DNA of 64,000 nucleotides. Source: Octopus sinensis (taxonomy: Eukaryota). The stretch covers positions 40,176,001-40,240,000 of the forward strand of contig NC_042997.1 of the NCBI RefSeq assembly GCF_006345805.1. The letters are read 5' to 3'. The notes beneath the pieces are model-generated. The model worked only from the letters and a program-made list of their open reading frames with translations, did no database searches and had not been told where the DNA came from. This document shows positions 35,578 to 48,483 of this stretch, in pieces. The stretch's first letter is position 1; each line of letters begins with the position of its first letter. The position numbers and the translations under genes were made by a program.

Positions 35578-35991
35578 AGTAAAGATTAATTAATGTATTT
35601 CTTGAAGACAGCAACACCTAATTATTTTCACAAGTTAACTCCTTGTCATCACCACTCACCGATATCACACTCTCCCCACGCTTATCAGTCAACCTCCCTT
35701 CGCCATGACCACCACAACGATCACCACTACTACTGCCATTGTTGCTGTCATCCTTCTTTGTTCAATAGCAGATCGAGTGCCAAATTTACGCACATAGTGA
35801 TGGCTTTTAAGGTGTAGAGGGGAATAAAATAAGGAGCTACACCGGCAATGTGGCATCTAAACAAGAACAGGAAGCTGAGAGTAATGTACGAAGGATGAAA
35901 GAATAGACTCCGCATCCTCCATTATACAAAGTCAACAAAGCAAAATGGGAAAAAATGCTCTCACACAATTATTCATCCATCTGTTATTGCG

Positions 35992-35992
<1 letters not shown>

Positions 35993-36026
<34 letters not shown>

Positions 36027-37455
36027 TGTATGTATGTATGTATGTATGTATGTATGTATGTATGTATGTGTGTGTATGTGTGTGTGTATGTATGTATGTG
36101 TGTGTATATATGTGTGTGTGTGTATGTATGTATGTATGTATGTGTGTATGTATGTATGTATGTATGTATGTATGTATGTATGTATGTATGTATGTGTGTA
36201 TGTATGTGTGTAAGTATGTATGTATGTGTGTATGTATGTATGTGTGTATGTGTGTGTGTATGTGTGTATGTATGTATGTATGTGTGTATGTATGTATGTA
36301 TGTATGTATGTATGTATGTGTGTATGTATGTATGGTATGTATGTATGTGTGTATGTATGTATGTATGTGGTATGTGTGTATGTGTGTATGTATGTATGTA
36401 TATGTATGTATGTATGTATGTATGTATGGTATGTATGTATGTATGTATGTATGTATGTATGTAGGTATGTATGTATGTATGTATGTATGTGTGTATGTGT
36501 GTGTGTATGTGTATGTATGTATGTATGTATGTATGTATGTATGTATGTATGTATGTATGTGTGTATGTATGTATGTATGTATGTATGTATGTGGTATGTA
36601 TGTATGTATATATGTATGTGTGTGTATGTATGTGTGTATGTATGTATGTATGTGTGTATGTATGTATGTATGTATGTATGTATGTATGTATGTGTGATGT
36701 ATGTATGTATGTATGTATGTATGTGTGTATGTATGTATGTATGTATGTATGTATGTGTGTATGTGTGTGTGTATGTGTGTATGTGTGTATGTATGTATGT
36801 ATGTATGTATGTATGTGTGTATGTATGTATGTATGTGTGTATGTATGTATGTATGTGTGTATGTGTGTGTGTATGTGTGTATGTATGCATTTGTGTTTGT
36901 GTGTATGCATGTATATATGTATGTATAAGTGCATGTCTGTCTGTCTATATGTATGTATGTGTGTATGTATGTATGCATGTGCGTGTATTTATGTTTATAT
37001 GTATACGTGTATGTCTGTCTGTCTGTATATATGTATGTATGTATGTATGTGTGTATGTGTTTATGTATGTATGTGTGTATGTATGTATATATATATATGT
37101 GCGCGTGTGTGTATATGTATGTGTGTATTATGTATGTACCTATGAACATATGTATGCATGTGTCTATGTATGCATGTATGTATGTATGTATGTACTTACA
37201 TGTGTCTGTATACTTTCCCATACATACAGATATACATACATAAATACATTCATACATAAATACATACATTCATAGACACACACACACATACATGATGCAT
37301 ATGTGTATATACATACATACATAACACATATGTATGTATGTATGCACACATATACATCATATGTGTGTGTGTCTATGTATGTAAGTATTTATGTATGTAT
37401 GTACACATATACATCATATGTGTGTGTGTCTATGTATGTATGTATGTATGTATGT
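35993..37455. repeat. Compound (TATG)n/(TG)n microsatellite of about 1.45 kb
   Basis: Visible directly. It is the source of the long HTYI and MYVC ORFs. Confidence 0.98.
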
Positions 37456-38227
37456 GAAATAAATTGTTGTACAGTCATAGATTTGTAAATTCAATCAAAC
37501 TGAATTTTAACATTAATTTTTATCTCCGGGAATTAATATTGTATCACATTATAGTATTTTCTTTTTTTTACCAAAAATTCTGTCTTGCAATTCTTTTTGT
37601 TGGCAGTATATAATTTGCGACTGGAATGTTAATGTGTTACCAAAATATATTTTTCATGCTGAAATTAACAATAATTTAATTTTGAAGAATTTTAAGTATA
37701 TATATATTTTTTTCAATTTGCTGGCATAGAAAGGTGTATATCTGTGTATGCACGCAAATTTCAAGTTGTTTAGTTTTGAGAAGAACAGAGTAGATATGTA
37801 CAAGAAGTAACTGACAGTGATAAAAGAGTGAGAGAGAGAGAAAAACAAGAAACATATTGTACAAAATTCCTCTTACGTATGTCATTATAATATGAAAGCA
37901 TATTTCTTATTTAAATGTGAGCTAAAAAGCTTGGTGCATGCACAACTTAAGGTTTCAAGTTGGAAATGCATAAGATGATATATTCTGATAATGTACTCGT
38001 GATACAGATGTTTCAACTTATGGAATACATTCTACTTATGGTCATGGAATTGTTGCAGGTTTTACATTCTCTAGACAAGGAAATATCCATTTGCCTTCAG
38101 TTATTCTGTTTAGTGCAGTTTGATGTTCTGAATATAGTCATTTTAAACAGCACTGCCATAAATGATATATGTGCGTTTTCAGCTTGGCCAAAGTAACATT
38201 TAGCTCTTTGTTGCAATTTGTTTGGCG

Positions 38228-38880
38228 AAGAAGGCGGCGAGCTGGCAGTTATGTTAGAACGCCGGGCAAAATGCTTAGCAGTATTTCGTCTGTCGTTGCG
38301 TCCTGAGTTCAAATACCACCGAGGTCGACTTTGCCTTTCATCCTTTCGGGGTCAATTAAATAAAGTACCTATTTCTTTATTACGCAAAAGGGGCTAAACA
38401 CAGAGCGGACAAACAAGGACAGACATAGGTATTAAGTCGATTACATCGACCCCAGTGCGTGACTGGTACTTAATTTATCGACCCCGAAAGGATGAAAGGC
38501 AAAGTCGACCTCGGCGGAATTTGAACTCACAACGTAACGCAGACGAAATAACGCCAAGCATTTCGTCCGGCGTGCTAACGTTTCTGCCAGCTCGCCGCCT
38601 TAAATAAAGTACCAGTTACGCACTGGGGTCGATGTAGTCGACTTAATCCCTTTGTCTGTCCTTGTTTGTCCCCTCTGTGTTTAGCGCCTTGCGGGCAATA
38701 AAGAAATAAGTATTTCGTCTGTCTTTATGTTCTGAGTTCAATTTTCGCCGAAGTCGACTTTGCCTTTCATCCTATTGGAGGCCTGATAAATCAAGTACCA
38801 GTTGCGTACTGGGGTCGATCTAATCGGCTGGCCCCCTCCCCCAAAATTTCGGGTCTTGTGCCTAGAGTAGAAAAGAATAT
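38228..38880. mobile_element. SINE family C nest: antisense copy 38370-38600 inside a sense copy, followed by another sense copy
   Basis: A 13-bp direct repeat, taaataaagtacc, lies at 38357-38369 and 38601-38613 and flanks the antisense copy. Confidence 0.85.
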
Positions 38881-40400
38881 GTTTGGTGAAGATTGTGAGT
38901 GTTTTGAAGTGTCACATATAGAACTTCGTGGCCAATGTTATTGTCCTGATTCCATTTAACATTGGGGAAGCCAAACAATAGAAGTCCTCAGAGAAAATAG
39001 CTTGTTGCCAATGACAATAAGGGCCACAAGGTGAAAATAGATTCATTGTGCTATCTGGATTTTTAACTGAAACCTGGTGTTTGGAATGTCTATCAAGAAA
39101 ATGGACAAACGGCTTATCTTATAGAATAAAATTCCAAGGGGTAAGAATTACTACATACTTGCAACAAAATACCCAGTAAACAATGGTTTCGGCTGCTTCT
39201 GTCAAAATACCTCTTAATATGTTTTGTCAAAACTGTCTTTACGTTTTGGGTTCAAATTCCGCCGACGTCGACTTTGCCTTTCATCCTTTCGGGGTCGATA
39301 AATTAAGTACCAGTTATGTACTGGGGTAGATCTAATCGACTGGCCCCCTCCCCCAAAATTTCGGGCCTTGTGCCTAGAGTAGAAAAGAATATGTTTTATC
39401 AAAGCGCCTTTGCACGAAGCATGCATTTCTGCGTATGTTGCATAGTTGTCTATGATGAAGGATGTTGGGCCTTTAACATCTTGAAGAGGTATATGAGGGT
39501 AAAAGCATTCTTGACTTGTATGAACAGTAAAGACTTTTGTCAACGCCTCAAGTTCCAAGATGATCGTCTATAACGTTGCTTCGTGTTTACTCTATTTATA
39601 CTATCGTTATTAAAAGATGTGATTTCAGAATAAAGTAGTGTATGTGCTAAGGCTTCATGTTTATATTGCTGTGATGACAATTTACAGAGCTGTTTCACTT
39701 TCTCCTGCCACATTTGTTTTTATTTCAGATGTAGAAAGGTATGACCAGAATAAAACAGTGTACATGCACAGGAATATTTCGACATGTGTTGCAGGATGCA
39801 GTCGGAGTCGTTTTTTTATATGTTTAGAGCGAGTGCTTATAGCAAAGCAGTTTATTCAATAAAATAGACTGTACATTTTCCTTATGGCGCCTAGTTGTTT
39901 TGTTGTTCAATGGTGCAGTTTCCTTCGTGAATTTGAAATTTCCAAAGATGTGTCAGAATGCTTCATACTGCTAATGAAATTTTCCAACAGAAACTGGTTG
40001 GTTTCAACGTTTGTGTTTTGTTTTTGAAGAGCATACATAACAATATCGTATCATGTTTTGACGAACTTGTACATATGTTTAATTGATGGAATGACAAAGC
40101 TCAACAGTGACATGAGCATCAAAGACGTTTGCCAAAACTACGATACAAGCCATTGGTTGTCAATCTCAACATCTTTACTATACCTCGTTGTTATTTTGGC
40201 TGTGAATCCTCAATCTTTGAGTTTTCCTTTTTTGCGTAGATGTCCATCATCACCAGTTTTACTTTCTTTTGACATTTAATGAGATAACTTTTGACGTACT
40301 TATTATTTTTCATACAAGAGAATGTTGAGTTTAGGAGTACACTTGGGCCAGGAACTATTGTTATTTTGATGATACCAAAAAAGGCTTTAGTCAATAAGTA
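38880..40400 (-). pseudogene. Decayed autonomous Helitron Rep/Helicase ORF remnant, interrupted by a SINE
   Basis: Collinear Helitron-like peptides across frames: KTGDDG..GFTAKITTRYSKDVEIDNQWLVS, FISS.EAF*HIF..FQIHE, AHTLLYSEIT, TKVFTVHTSQECFYPHIPLQDVKGPTSF, ILTEAA, GILLQVC, ALIVIGNKLFSL. A weaker N-terminal match may extend to about 41170. Confidence 0.75.
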
Positions 40401-41287
40401 TCTAGACGCTACGCTGATTTAATCGAGTCTTTTTTTTATTATTAAATTGGACTTCAATTTTATTTAACAGTTTAACTGAATAAAAAGTGAAGAGTTTTCC
40501 ATAGAAAAATTGCCAATACTGACACACTAAAATGAATATTTTCAATGAATGACAGCGAAAATTTAACAAAAGGAACTACATTTTCGTTGAGATTCTTCAA
40601 GGGGAGAAATATAACTGACGACAGAATTGTCCGATTGTCGAAGAAAAGAGGAGATAATTGGAAAAAGTTATAGGTTATATGTGACGATTTCTAAAAAGAA
40701 TGAAATAGTAACATACATGATTAACACCAACTAGAAATTTTAAGAACTTCATAATAAGTAACAAAAGATGTGAATCTTATAAATCTTTTTCCTTATAATT
40801 TCTTAATTTCAAATTCAAAATTCTAATCCAGCCAAATGTTATGTAGAATGGATGACACCTCTCGTGATAACTGCGTCCGCTAGGAGGAAAACATGTATTT
40901 GAATGTTTCATAGTTGACGACCGAATAATGATCATTTTAGAATTGAATTAAAAGGTGCAGTTGTTTACAGGGCTAAATATTGGCCATCGAAACATTCAGT
41001 ACGAGAATGATGGATAACTATATGTGTTTTTGTGGGTGTCCGTTTCATAATTTTGAATTCACCGGGCACGGAAACACTTTATTTTTTGCTGCGCTCGGTG
41101 AACTAAAAATATACAAATATTCACAAATATGTATTATCTGCGTTTCTCACATTCACAAATGTGCATTAACTTAATCAGCATCTTTAGATGCTAAAATTTG
41201 AATTTATAGTATTTAGATCTGCAATATTAAGATTTGTGAGTGGGTTCAACCTTATGATCCTTACAATTACGCTGTATACATCTGTTG

Positions 41288-41354
<67 letters not shown>

Positions 41355-42075
41355 ATAAACCTTTACATAAATAAATAACGTGAAATACACGAAGGGACGA
41401 ACAAAAAGACAAACGGGTCATTCAAAGCCTTCATTCTTCAGTCAGAAACAGATCCTCATCGCAGATTTCGGCTGTTTAATTCTGAGATCCGCTCTGAATC
41501 AGCCAGCCACAGAAGGAAAGAATGCAACGCAACAGAGACGAACATGAAACGAAAAATCTTTTTTGGAGACAGTAACGGTTAAAAACATGGATGACACAGG
41601 CGCCCTACGGCTTTGAGACAAAAAGAGAGACACAAAAACAATATCAGCAAGCGTGGAAAAATATTTACCTTTTCGGTGATAAGACACATGTTGAACAAGC
41701 GGCCGATGGAAACAGAATGGCTGAGGCAGCAAGTCGCAAGAGGGTATGAGAGAGAAAGGGGTAAGAGAGAGAAGGGGGTAAGAGAGAGAGGGGACCAAGG
41801 AGGGTGGAAGGCGAGGACAGAAGCAGTGAACGAGAGAGAGAAGGAATCAGAAAAGAAGCAGTGACCAAGAGAGAGAGAGGGAGAGAAGGAATCAGAGAGG
41901 CTGGGAGAAAAAGGCGCCAAAACAATTTGGCAACGAAGCAATGGCGAAGGAAAGAAAATAGTTTAAAGACATCGTGCAGGGGTTTTGATATGATATATAT
42001 ATATATATATCTTTTAATTGTTCCACTCATTAGACAGCGATTATGCTGGGGTACTTCTTTCCCAAATAAATTGCA

Positions 42076-42175
42076 CTTCATATTTGAGGCTCTGATGAAG
42101 CTATAAGGTGTTATTCAGGCACTTAATTATGGGTCCACTGCATCTTATAGCAGAAACAGCTGTAAGTTAATGAAG
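42076..42175 (+). ncRNA. Type-I hammerhead ribozyme candidate (canonical CUGAUGA core, A.A at base of stem II)
   Basis: GGCU-CUGAUGA-A-GCUAUAAGGUG(loop)CAUCUUAUAGC-A-GAAAC-AGCU-GUA-AGUU, with distal pairing CUUCAU/AUGAAG. Confidence 0.65.
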
Positions 42176-42904
42176 TTAATAAAGATAATCATTTATTCCT
42201 TTGTCATCCCTCTTTCTTTTATATATATATATGTGTGTGTGTATGTGTATGTGTGAGAGCGAGAATATATATGTGTCTATTACAATAACTTTTGTTATAT
42301 ACTCAGCATAAACTTTATTCTTTCAATCATCAATCTGTAATTATAAAATTCTATTTTTTCTTAATTAAACTCTAAGTTTTGGCTGTGACCGATAATAGTT
42401 TGTAATTTATAATCTATATTGCAATATAATGTATTTTGTTATATATTTTTTCGACATAGAATTCTTGGTTGTAACTGACAATCGGCCCGTTTAAGAGGCA
42501 TATTCACAAGACTTCTTTTATCTGTTGTTCTTAACCTCTCCCACTTACCCAAATCCCACCTTCATTTTTGTCCCTTTTAATTGCTTTCTTTTGCTTCTAT
42601 TTTCTTTTATTTTTCTTTAGATAGTTTTACTTGATCTATCATCATTTTGGTTCTTTGAAGATTTCTCCACCCCAGCTCTTTATATGCCGATACACAAGTT
42701 TCATTTATTACCTTTTTCTTTCCAGTAGACAATTTGCCTGGTAGTATAGAACAGAATAATTAAAGTGTCCAGCTTTCGTACTAACTATATCTAGTAAGAC
42801 TAAAGTTCTCTGCTCTTGATGCTGTCTTACCCTATGTTATATGTCACCGGCTTTTTCTTCCTAACTATACGTATATACAGGTTCCTGTTATTGTGGTCTT
42901 CAGT

Positions 42905-43265
42905 GGATGCGCAATGGCCCAGTGGTTAGGGCAGCGGACTCGCGGTCATAGGATCGCGGTTTCGATTCCCAGACCGGGCGTTGTGAGTGTTTATTGAGCG
43001 AAAACACCTAAAAGCTCCACGAGGCTCCGGCAGGGGATGGTGGTGATCCCTGCTGTACTCTTTCATCACAACTTTCTCTCACTCTTACTTCCTGTTTCTG
43101 TTGTACCTGTATTTCAAGGGGCCGGCCTTGTCACTCTCTGTGTCACGCTGAATATCCCCGAGAACTACGATAAGGGTACACGTGTCTGTGGAGTGCTCAG
43201 CCACTTACACGTTAATTTCAACGGAACAACCGGAACCCTCGTCGTCGTAACCGACGGAGTGCTTC
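42905..43265 (+). mobile_element. tRNA-derived SINE family D
   Basis: A box tggcccagtgg, B box ggtttcgattcc, and 3' end accctcgtcgtcgtaaccgacggagtgcttcc. Confidence 0.85.
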
Positions 43266-43744
43266 CTAACTATGTGTATGGGTGTGCGGTACCAGTCTGT
43301 TCCTAGACACAAGAGCAATACTTCCTTATGGACGTCACCTGAGCTTTGTAGAGTATTAAGGATTGCTATGACAGGAGGATGAAGTATATTCTTGCTCTGA
43401 AAACAAAAACCGGTCAGAGAACGATTTCGAAGATTCACACTATGTAGAGCGATTTCGAGGGTTTACGCTGTTGCTTACGATTTAAGGGCATGTGGTGCGA
43501 TGTTGTTTTCATGATTTGAGCAGCAATTGTGTTTACTTGCTGATGAAAGAGATAAGACTGACATATCTCGGTTGGAGGGTAATTTCGCGATCTCTGAGCA
43601 TGGGATCGGTGCGTGTTTGATGAATGGTATCTAGGTTGCCAGCGGCTAAAGAATAGTTTGGGAAATTTTGGAAGGAAATAAGATAGTGTCATCTATCTGA
43701 GAGCTGGTGTGGTTAGATGTGGCGGCAAGTAAGTCATTGACATA

Positions 43745-43978
43745 TAAGGCGGCGAGCTGGCAGAAACGTTACCACACCGGGCGAAATGCTTAGTGGTATT
43801 GCGTCTGTCGTTGCGTTCTGAGTTCAAATTCCGCCGAGGTCGACTTTGCCTTTCATCCTTTCGGGGTCGATAAATTAAGTACCAGTTACGCACTGGGGTC
43901 GATGTAATCGACTTAATCCGTTTGTCTGTCCTTGTTTGTGCCCTCTATGTTTAGCCCCTTGTGGGCAATAAAGAAACA
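43745..43978 (+). mobile_element. SINE family C, full length
   Basis: Close to the family C consensus. Confidence 0.85.
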
Positions 43979-44265
43979 GATATATAAAAGGAAAGAAGTG
44001 AGGGACAAAACGGAACCTTAGGACAAGCAGGAGTTGATGGAGTAAGGAACAGAAAAAGCTCCGTCGACGCGCACACACAGCACGTGCACACTCACTCAAA
44101 CACACAAAAACACACACATATTCAACACACGCACACACACACACAAACACACAAAAACACAGACACACACATATTCAACACACGCACACACACAAACACA
44201 CAATCGTAAAATCCTTGGGCTGTCAGATAAACTCGTTTCTCCCCACTCCCCATTTCATTTAATAC

Positions 44266-44508
44266 TCTTTTTACTCTTTTACTTGTTTCAGTCATTTGAC
44301 AGCGGCCATGCTGGAGCACTGCCTTTAGTCGAGCAAATCGACCCCAGGACTTATTCTTTGTAAGCCTAGTACTTATTCTATCGGCCTCTTTTGCCGAACT
44401 GCTAAGTTACGGGGATGTAAACACACCAGCATCGGTTGTCAAGCGATGCTGGGGACAAACACACACACATATATATATATACATATACGATGGGCTTTTT
44501 TCAGTTTC
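44266..44508 (-). mobile_element. SINE family A, 3' part
   Basis: Reverse complement of the family A tail. Confidence 0.8.
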
Positions 44509-44514
44509 CTTATT

Positions 44515-45435
44515 TTTAATCCTTATTTTTCACGACCAATTTTAACAAATCAGTCAATATTATATTCTTCATTGTTCATCACTTGATGCCAACGTTCCAC
44601 AAGCTTGTCAGTGCCTTGGCAGAATGAACCATCGGGTCATGACTCGAAGAGTTCATTGAGCCACGTTATCAGTGGGTGTAGTAGAACTTCACAAACAAGA
44701 TTTTGAATAATATGTATGGTCAAATCAGCTACTTTGGGGCGAGCGTTGTCGTGCTGAAGAAGCACACTGTATCACCGGTCGAGTCGTTTCGACTGGATTA
44801 TCTCGTTCAGCCGGCGCATTTATTGAACGTAAATCTCTTCATTGACCTTGTGGTTGTTTCACAGTGGATTAACCCTTCCTATTCCTACCAAACAGAAAAT
44901 GTTGTATTACGTGGATGCAGTCCATAATTGGCTCGAGGTGTTGTTTGCTTGATGAGACTCAACCATTCTTTCCTCTGCTTCATATTGGTCCTAATGACAC
45001 AATTTTCAATCGCCGGTGACAACGCTCTAAAGAAACCTGGTGTCGGGCGAGCAAGCTGGAGGCGATAGAGAAGCGCTGGAGGTTATCTCTTTCGTTCAGA
45101 GTGCGTGGCACTCATGGCACTCATGGAGTGAAAGTGCCGGGCGACAGTATCATGAGGGCATCCTGTTTACTAGGCCGATTTCCTCGTGGATCAGTGTGGG
45201 TCCTCGTGGCTGAGGTCGTTCAATTGATCTTCATTGGATTGAACAAGTCGGCTGGAACGCGGAGAGTCTGTGAGGACAAAGTTCTTCTCCTTGGAGCGTT
45301 AAAACCATTTCCGTGCAGTTCCTTCAGTAATAGCGGCTTACCCACACACCTGTAACTTCGACAGGCTTGATTGAAGGCAAAGAGAAGCAGGTGTTAAAAA
45401 TGGTTATTCTTTTTTTCGACTTGGCACTCCATCGC
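44515..45435 (-). pseudogene. Decayed mariner transposase
   Basis: Translates MECQVEKKNNHF*HLLLFAFNQ..., LLQHDNARPK and KLVERWHQVMNNEEYNID*. Internal deletions and stops. Confidence 0.85.
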
Positions 45436-45859
45436 AATGTGTTTTAAAAAAGGTAAAATGTATTTAAATTACAAAATGATAATCAAATATTGTAGAGGAA
45501 GACTAGAGCTAAAAAAAATAACAAAACGAAACAAAAACAAAACAAAAAAGATGAACCCAAAAAACCCACAAAAATACTTTTCGTGTTACTTCAAATAACG
45601 TTGGAAAGAAATGGACAAATTTATCTTACAGCCCAATAGATAAATCCCATTAAGTGGTAATAGAATCAAAACAGTATAAGATGGAGGGTGTTAAGTGGAA
45701 GAGAATTAGCATCCAAAGATGGTAGTGAGAGATTTAATTCTCCTGGTGCTGTCTTTCCAATCAGCCCGTTCCGTGGAAAAGACAAGAGTTTTCACAGAGG
45801 GGATGAAAGCTTGGCGGCTTCAAAGAGGTTCTTACATTCTCTTGATTTCCTGTATATTT

Positions 45860-45918
<59 letters not shown>

Positions 45919-46033
45919 AATATATATATATATATATACTACTAATATAGGATGAAGTTTTTTTCTCTACAGAAAAAAATTCCATCAAGAAATGTGGCAG
46001 CATATTAAAATACCTTTACGGTTAAAATTATAA

Positions 46034-46318
46034 ACAACTTATAAGTAAGGGCTAAAGAAAATTATTTCAAAGCCAATATGCTGATGATAGACTATTAAAT
46101 CGTCAATTTCCACATATAATCTACTCGCTACAGCAAAAAAGAATCGAAGAACTTAAGTCGAAATTTAGAAATTCTAACGGTCAGTTTGCCCGACTTCAGT
46201 TCTTCGATTTTTTTTTTGCTGTAGCGAGTTGATTATATGTGGAAATTGACGATTTAATAGTCTATCATCAACATATTGGCTTTGAAATAATTTTCTTTAG
46301 CCCTTACTTATAAGTTGT
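46034..46318. repeat. Long near-perfect inverted repeat (arms of about 127 bp, 30-nt loop); foldback MITE
   Basis: 46034-46160 is the reverse complement of 46191-46318 with only a few mismatches or indels. Confidence 0.9.
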
Positions 46319-47546
46319 ATATATATATATATATATACATATACACATACATATACATATCTACATATACACACATTTCACTTTAAAAATGGGCAAGCCC
46401 AAAACTAGGAAACTTTTTTTTTTGAAAAGAACAATTTCTTCTTTTAAAAATTGTGTTGCTTACAGCTTACACAGTTCTTTAAAAATTCTCAATACTATTC
46501 GAATGAAAATAATTTAATTCTACATATATGCATACATAAACAACAATCTAAATGTACATAAAGAAGAACTAAAAATTTAACGTACAGACAGAAGACAAAT
46601 GAACGCAAAATGAATATAAAAATTAAAAGAAAAAGTTTATTAGGGATAGTTTATACATTCTCATTAATATCTTAAAAAATATGAATATTTAAAGATTTTT
46701 GTCTCCAGTTTATTAGCTGAGTGTAACTGAAAATATTTTTGCATTTTTGACTTTCATATATTGCCGTTTTTTTCTGTTTTTTTTTTTTTGTTTGGCTTTT
46801 TTGTATGCTTGTCATCTCAGGAGGACATTTTGCTCACAAACACATAATCATGCGCCGACATTCAGTAGTTAACGCGCATCCTAATGTCTGCATTCATGCA
46901 GTGTTTAGGCTGGAAGGCTTAACTGAAACTGGAGGGGAGAAAAACATTGATTTGAATTTCTAAGGAAAATTGCATACATTGTTTTAGGTTAGGTGAAATA
47001 TAATTCCGTGAATCATCCGGTGTCACCTCATATACGTACATACATACATACATACATACATACATACATACGAACGTACGTACATATGTATGCATGCATG
47101 AATGTATGAATGTTTGTGTGTGAGTTTGTGTATACACGTGATCATGTATGCATGTATGTATGTATGTGTGTGTATGTATATATATGTGTGTGTGTATATA
47201 TATATGTGTATATATATATGTGTGAGGGCGCGTGGCTTAGTGGTTAGGGCATTCGGCTCATGATCGTAAGGTTGTGAGTTCGATTCCCGGCGACGCGTTG
47301 TGTCCTTGAGCAAGACACTTTATTTCACGTTGCTCCAGTCCACTCAGCTGGCAAAAATGAGTTGTACTTGTATTTCAAAGGGTCAGCCTTGTCACTCTCT
47401 GTGTCACGCTGATTATCCCCGAGAACTACGTTAAGGGTACACGTGTCTGTGGAATGCTCAGCCATCTGCACGTTAATTTCACGAGCAAGCTGTTCCGTTG
47501 ATCGTATCAGCTGGGACCCTCGTCGTCGTAACCGGCGGAGTAAAAG

Positions 47547-47615
<69 letters not shown>

Positions 47616-47616
47616 C

Positions 47617-47852
47617 ACTCTTTATTCTTTTACTGGTTTCAGTCATTTGACTGCGGTCATGCTGGAGCACCACCTTTTAGTCGTGCAAATCGACCCCAGG
47701 ACTTATTCTTTGGAAGCCTAGTACTTATTCTATCGGTCTCTTTTGCCGAGCTGCTAAGTTACGGGGACGTAAACGCACCAGCATCGGTTGTCAAGCGATG
47801 TTGGGAGGACAAACACAGACATAGACACACACACACACGCACACACACACAC

Positions 47853-47901
<49 letters not shown>

Positions 47902-48068
47902 ATGACGGGCTTCTTTCAGTTTCCATCTACCAAATCCACTCACAAGGCCTTGGTCGGCCCGAGGCCATAGTAGAAGACACTTGCCTAAGGTGCCAGGCAG
48001 TGGGACTGAACCCGGAACCATGTGGTTGGTAAGCAAGCTACTTACCATACAGCCACTCCTACGCCTAT
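47617..48068 (-). mobile_element. SINE family A, full length
   Basis: Reverse complement of the family A consensus. Confidence 0.85.
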
Positions 48069-48431
48069 ATTTATATACATGTATGTATGCATGTATTTGT
48101 GTATATATATATGTATATATGTGTGTGTATAAATATGTGTGTGTGTGGAAGGCGCATGACCTAGTGTTTAGGTTGTTGCTCGAGAGCTCGTGGTTTCAAT
48201 TCCAAGACAGAGTGGTGCGTTGTGTTCTTGAGCAAGGCACTTCATCTCGATTACCTCAACACTTGGCGTCCGGTATACCATGCACCTGATCAGGCAACAT
48301 CAATTTGATGGAAAGAGCGGGCTAATGTACAGCACTATGAATAAATCATTTGTGCAGCGTGCTCAGCAAGAAATTGCAGAACGATCTTTCTTGGACTACA
48401 AGAGACTATCATATCACACACACACGCACGT

Positions 48432-48483
<52 letters not shown>

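Noticed and set aside
35932-37488. Long ORFs up to 445 aa (HTYI / MYVC)
   Set aside because: These are translations of the (TATG)n microsatellite.
41400-41520. Hammerhead on the minus strand (ggctg...cagccgaaa) in the 41.36-41.99 kb TA-flanked repeat
   Set aside because: No CUGANGA-like core lies in the right position.
42905-42985. tRNA gene
   Set aside because: It has A/B boxes but no complete cloverleaf. It is the head of SINE family D, and the same applies to the heads of families A and C.
43535-43575. ctgatgaa-gagata/tatctc hairpin
   Set aside because: No GAAA follows stem II. The same problem applies at 32500 and 4920.
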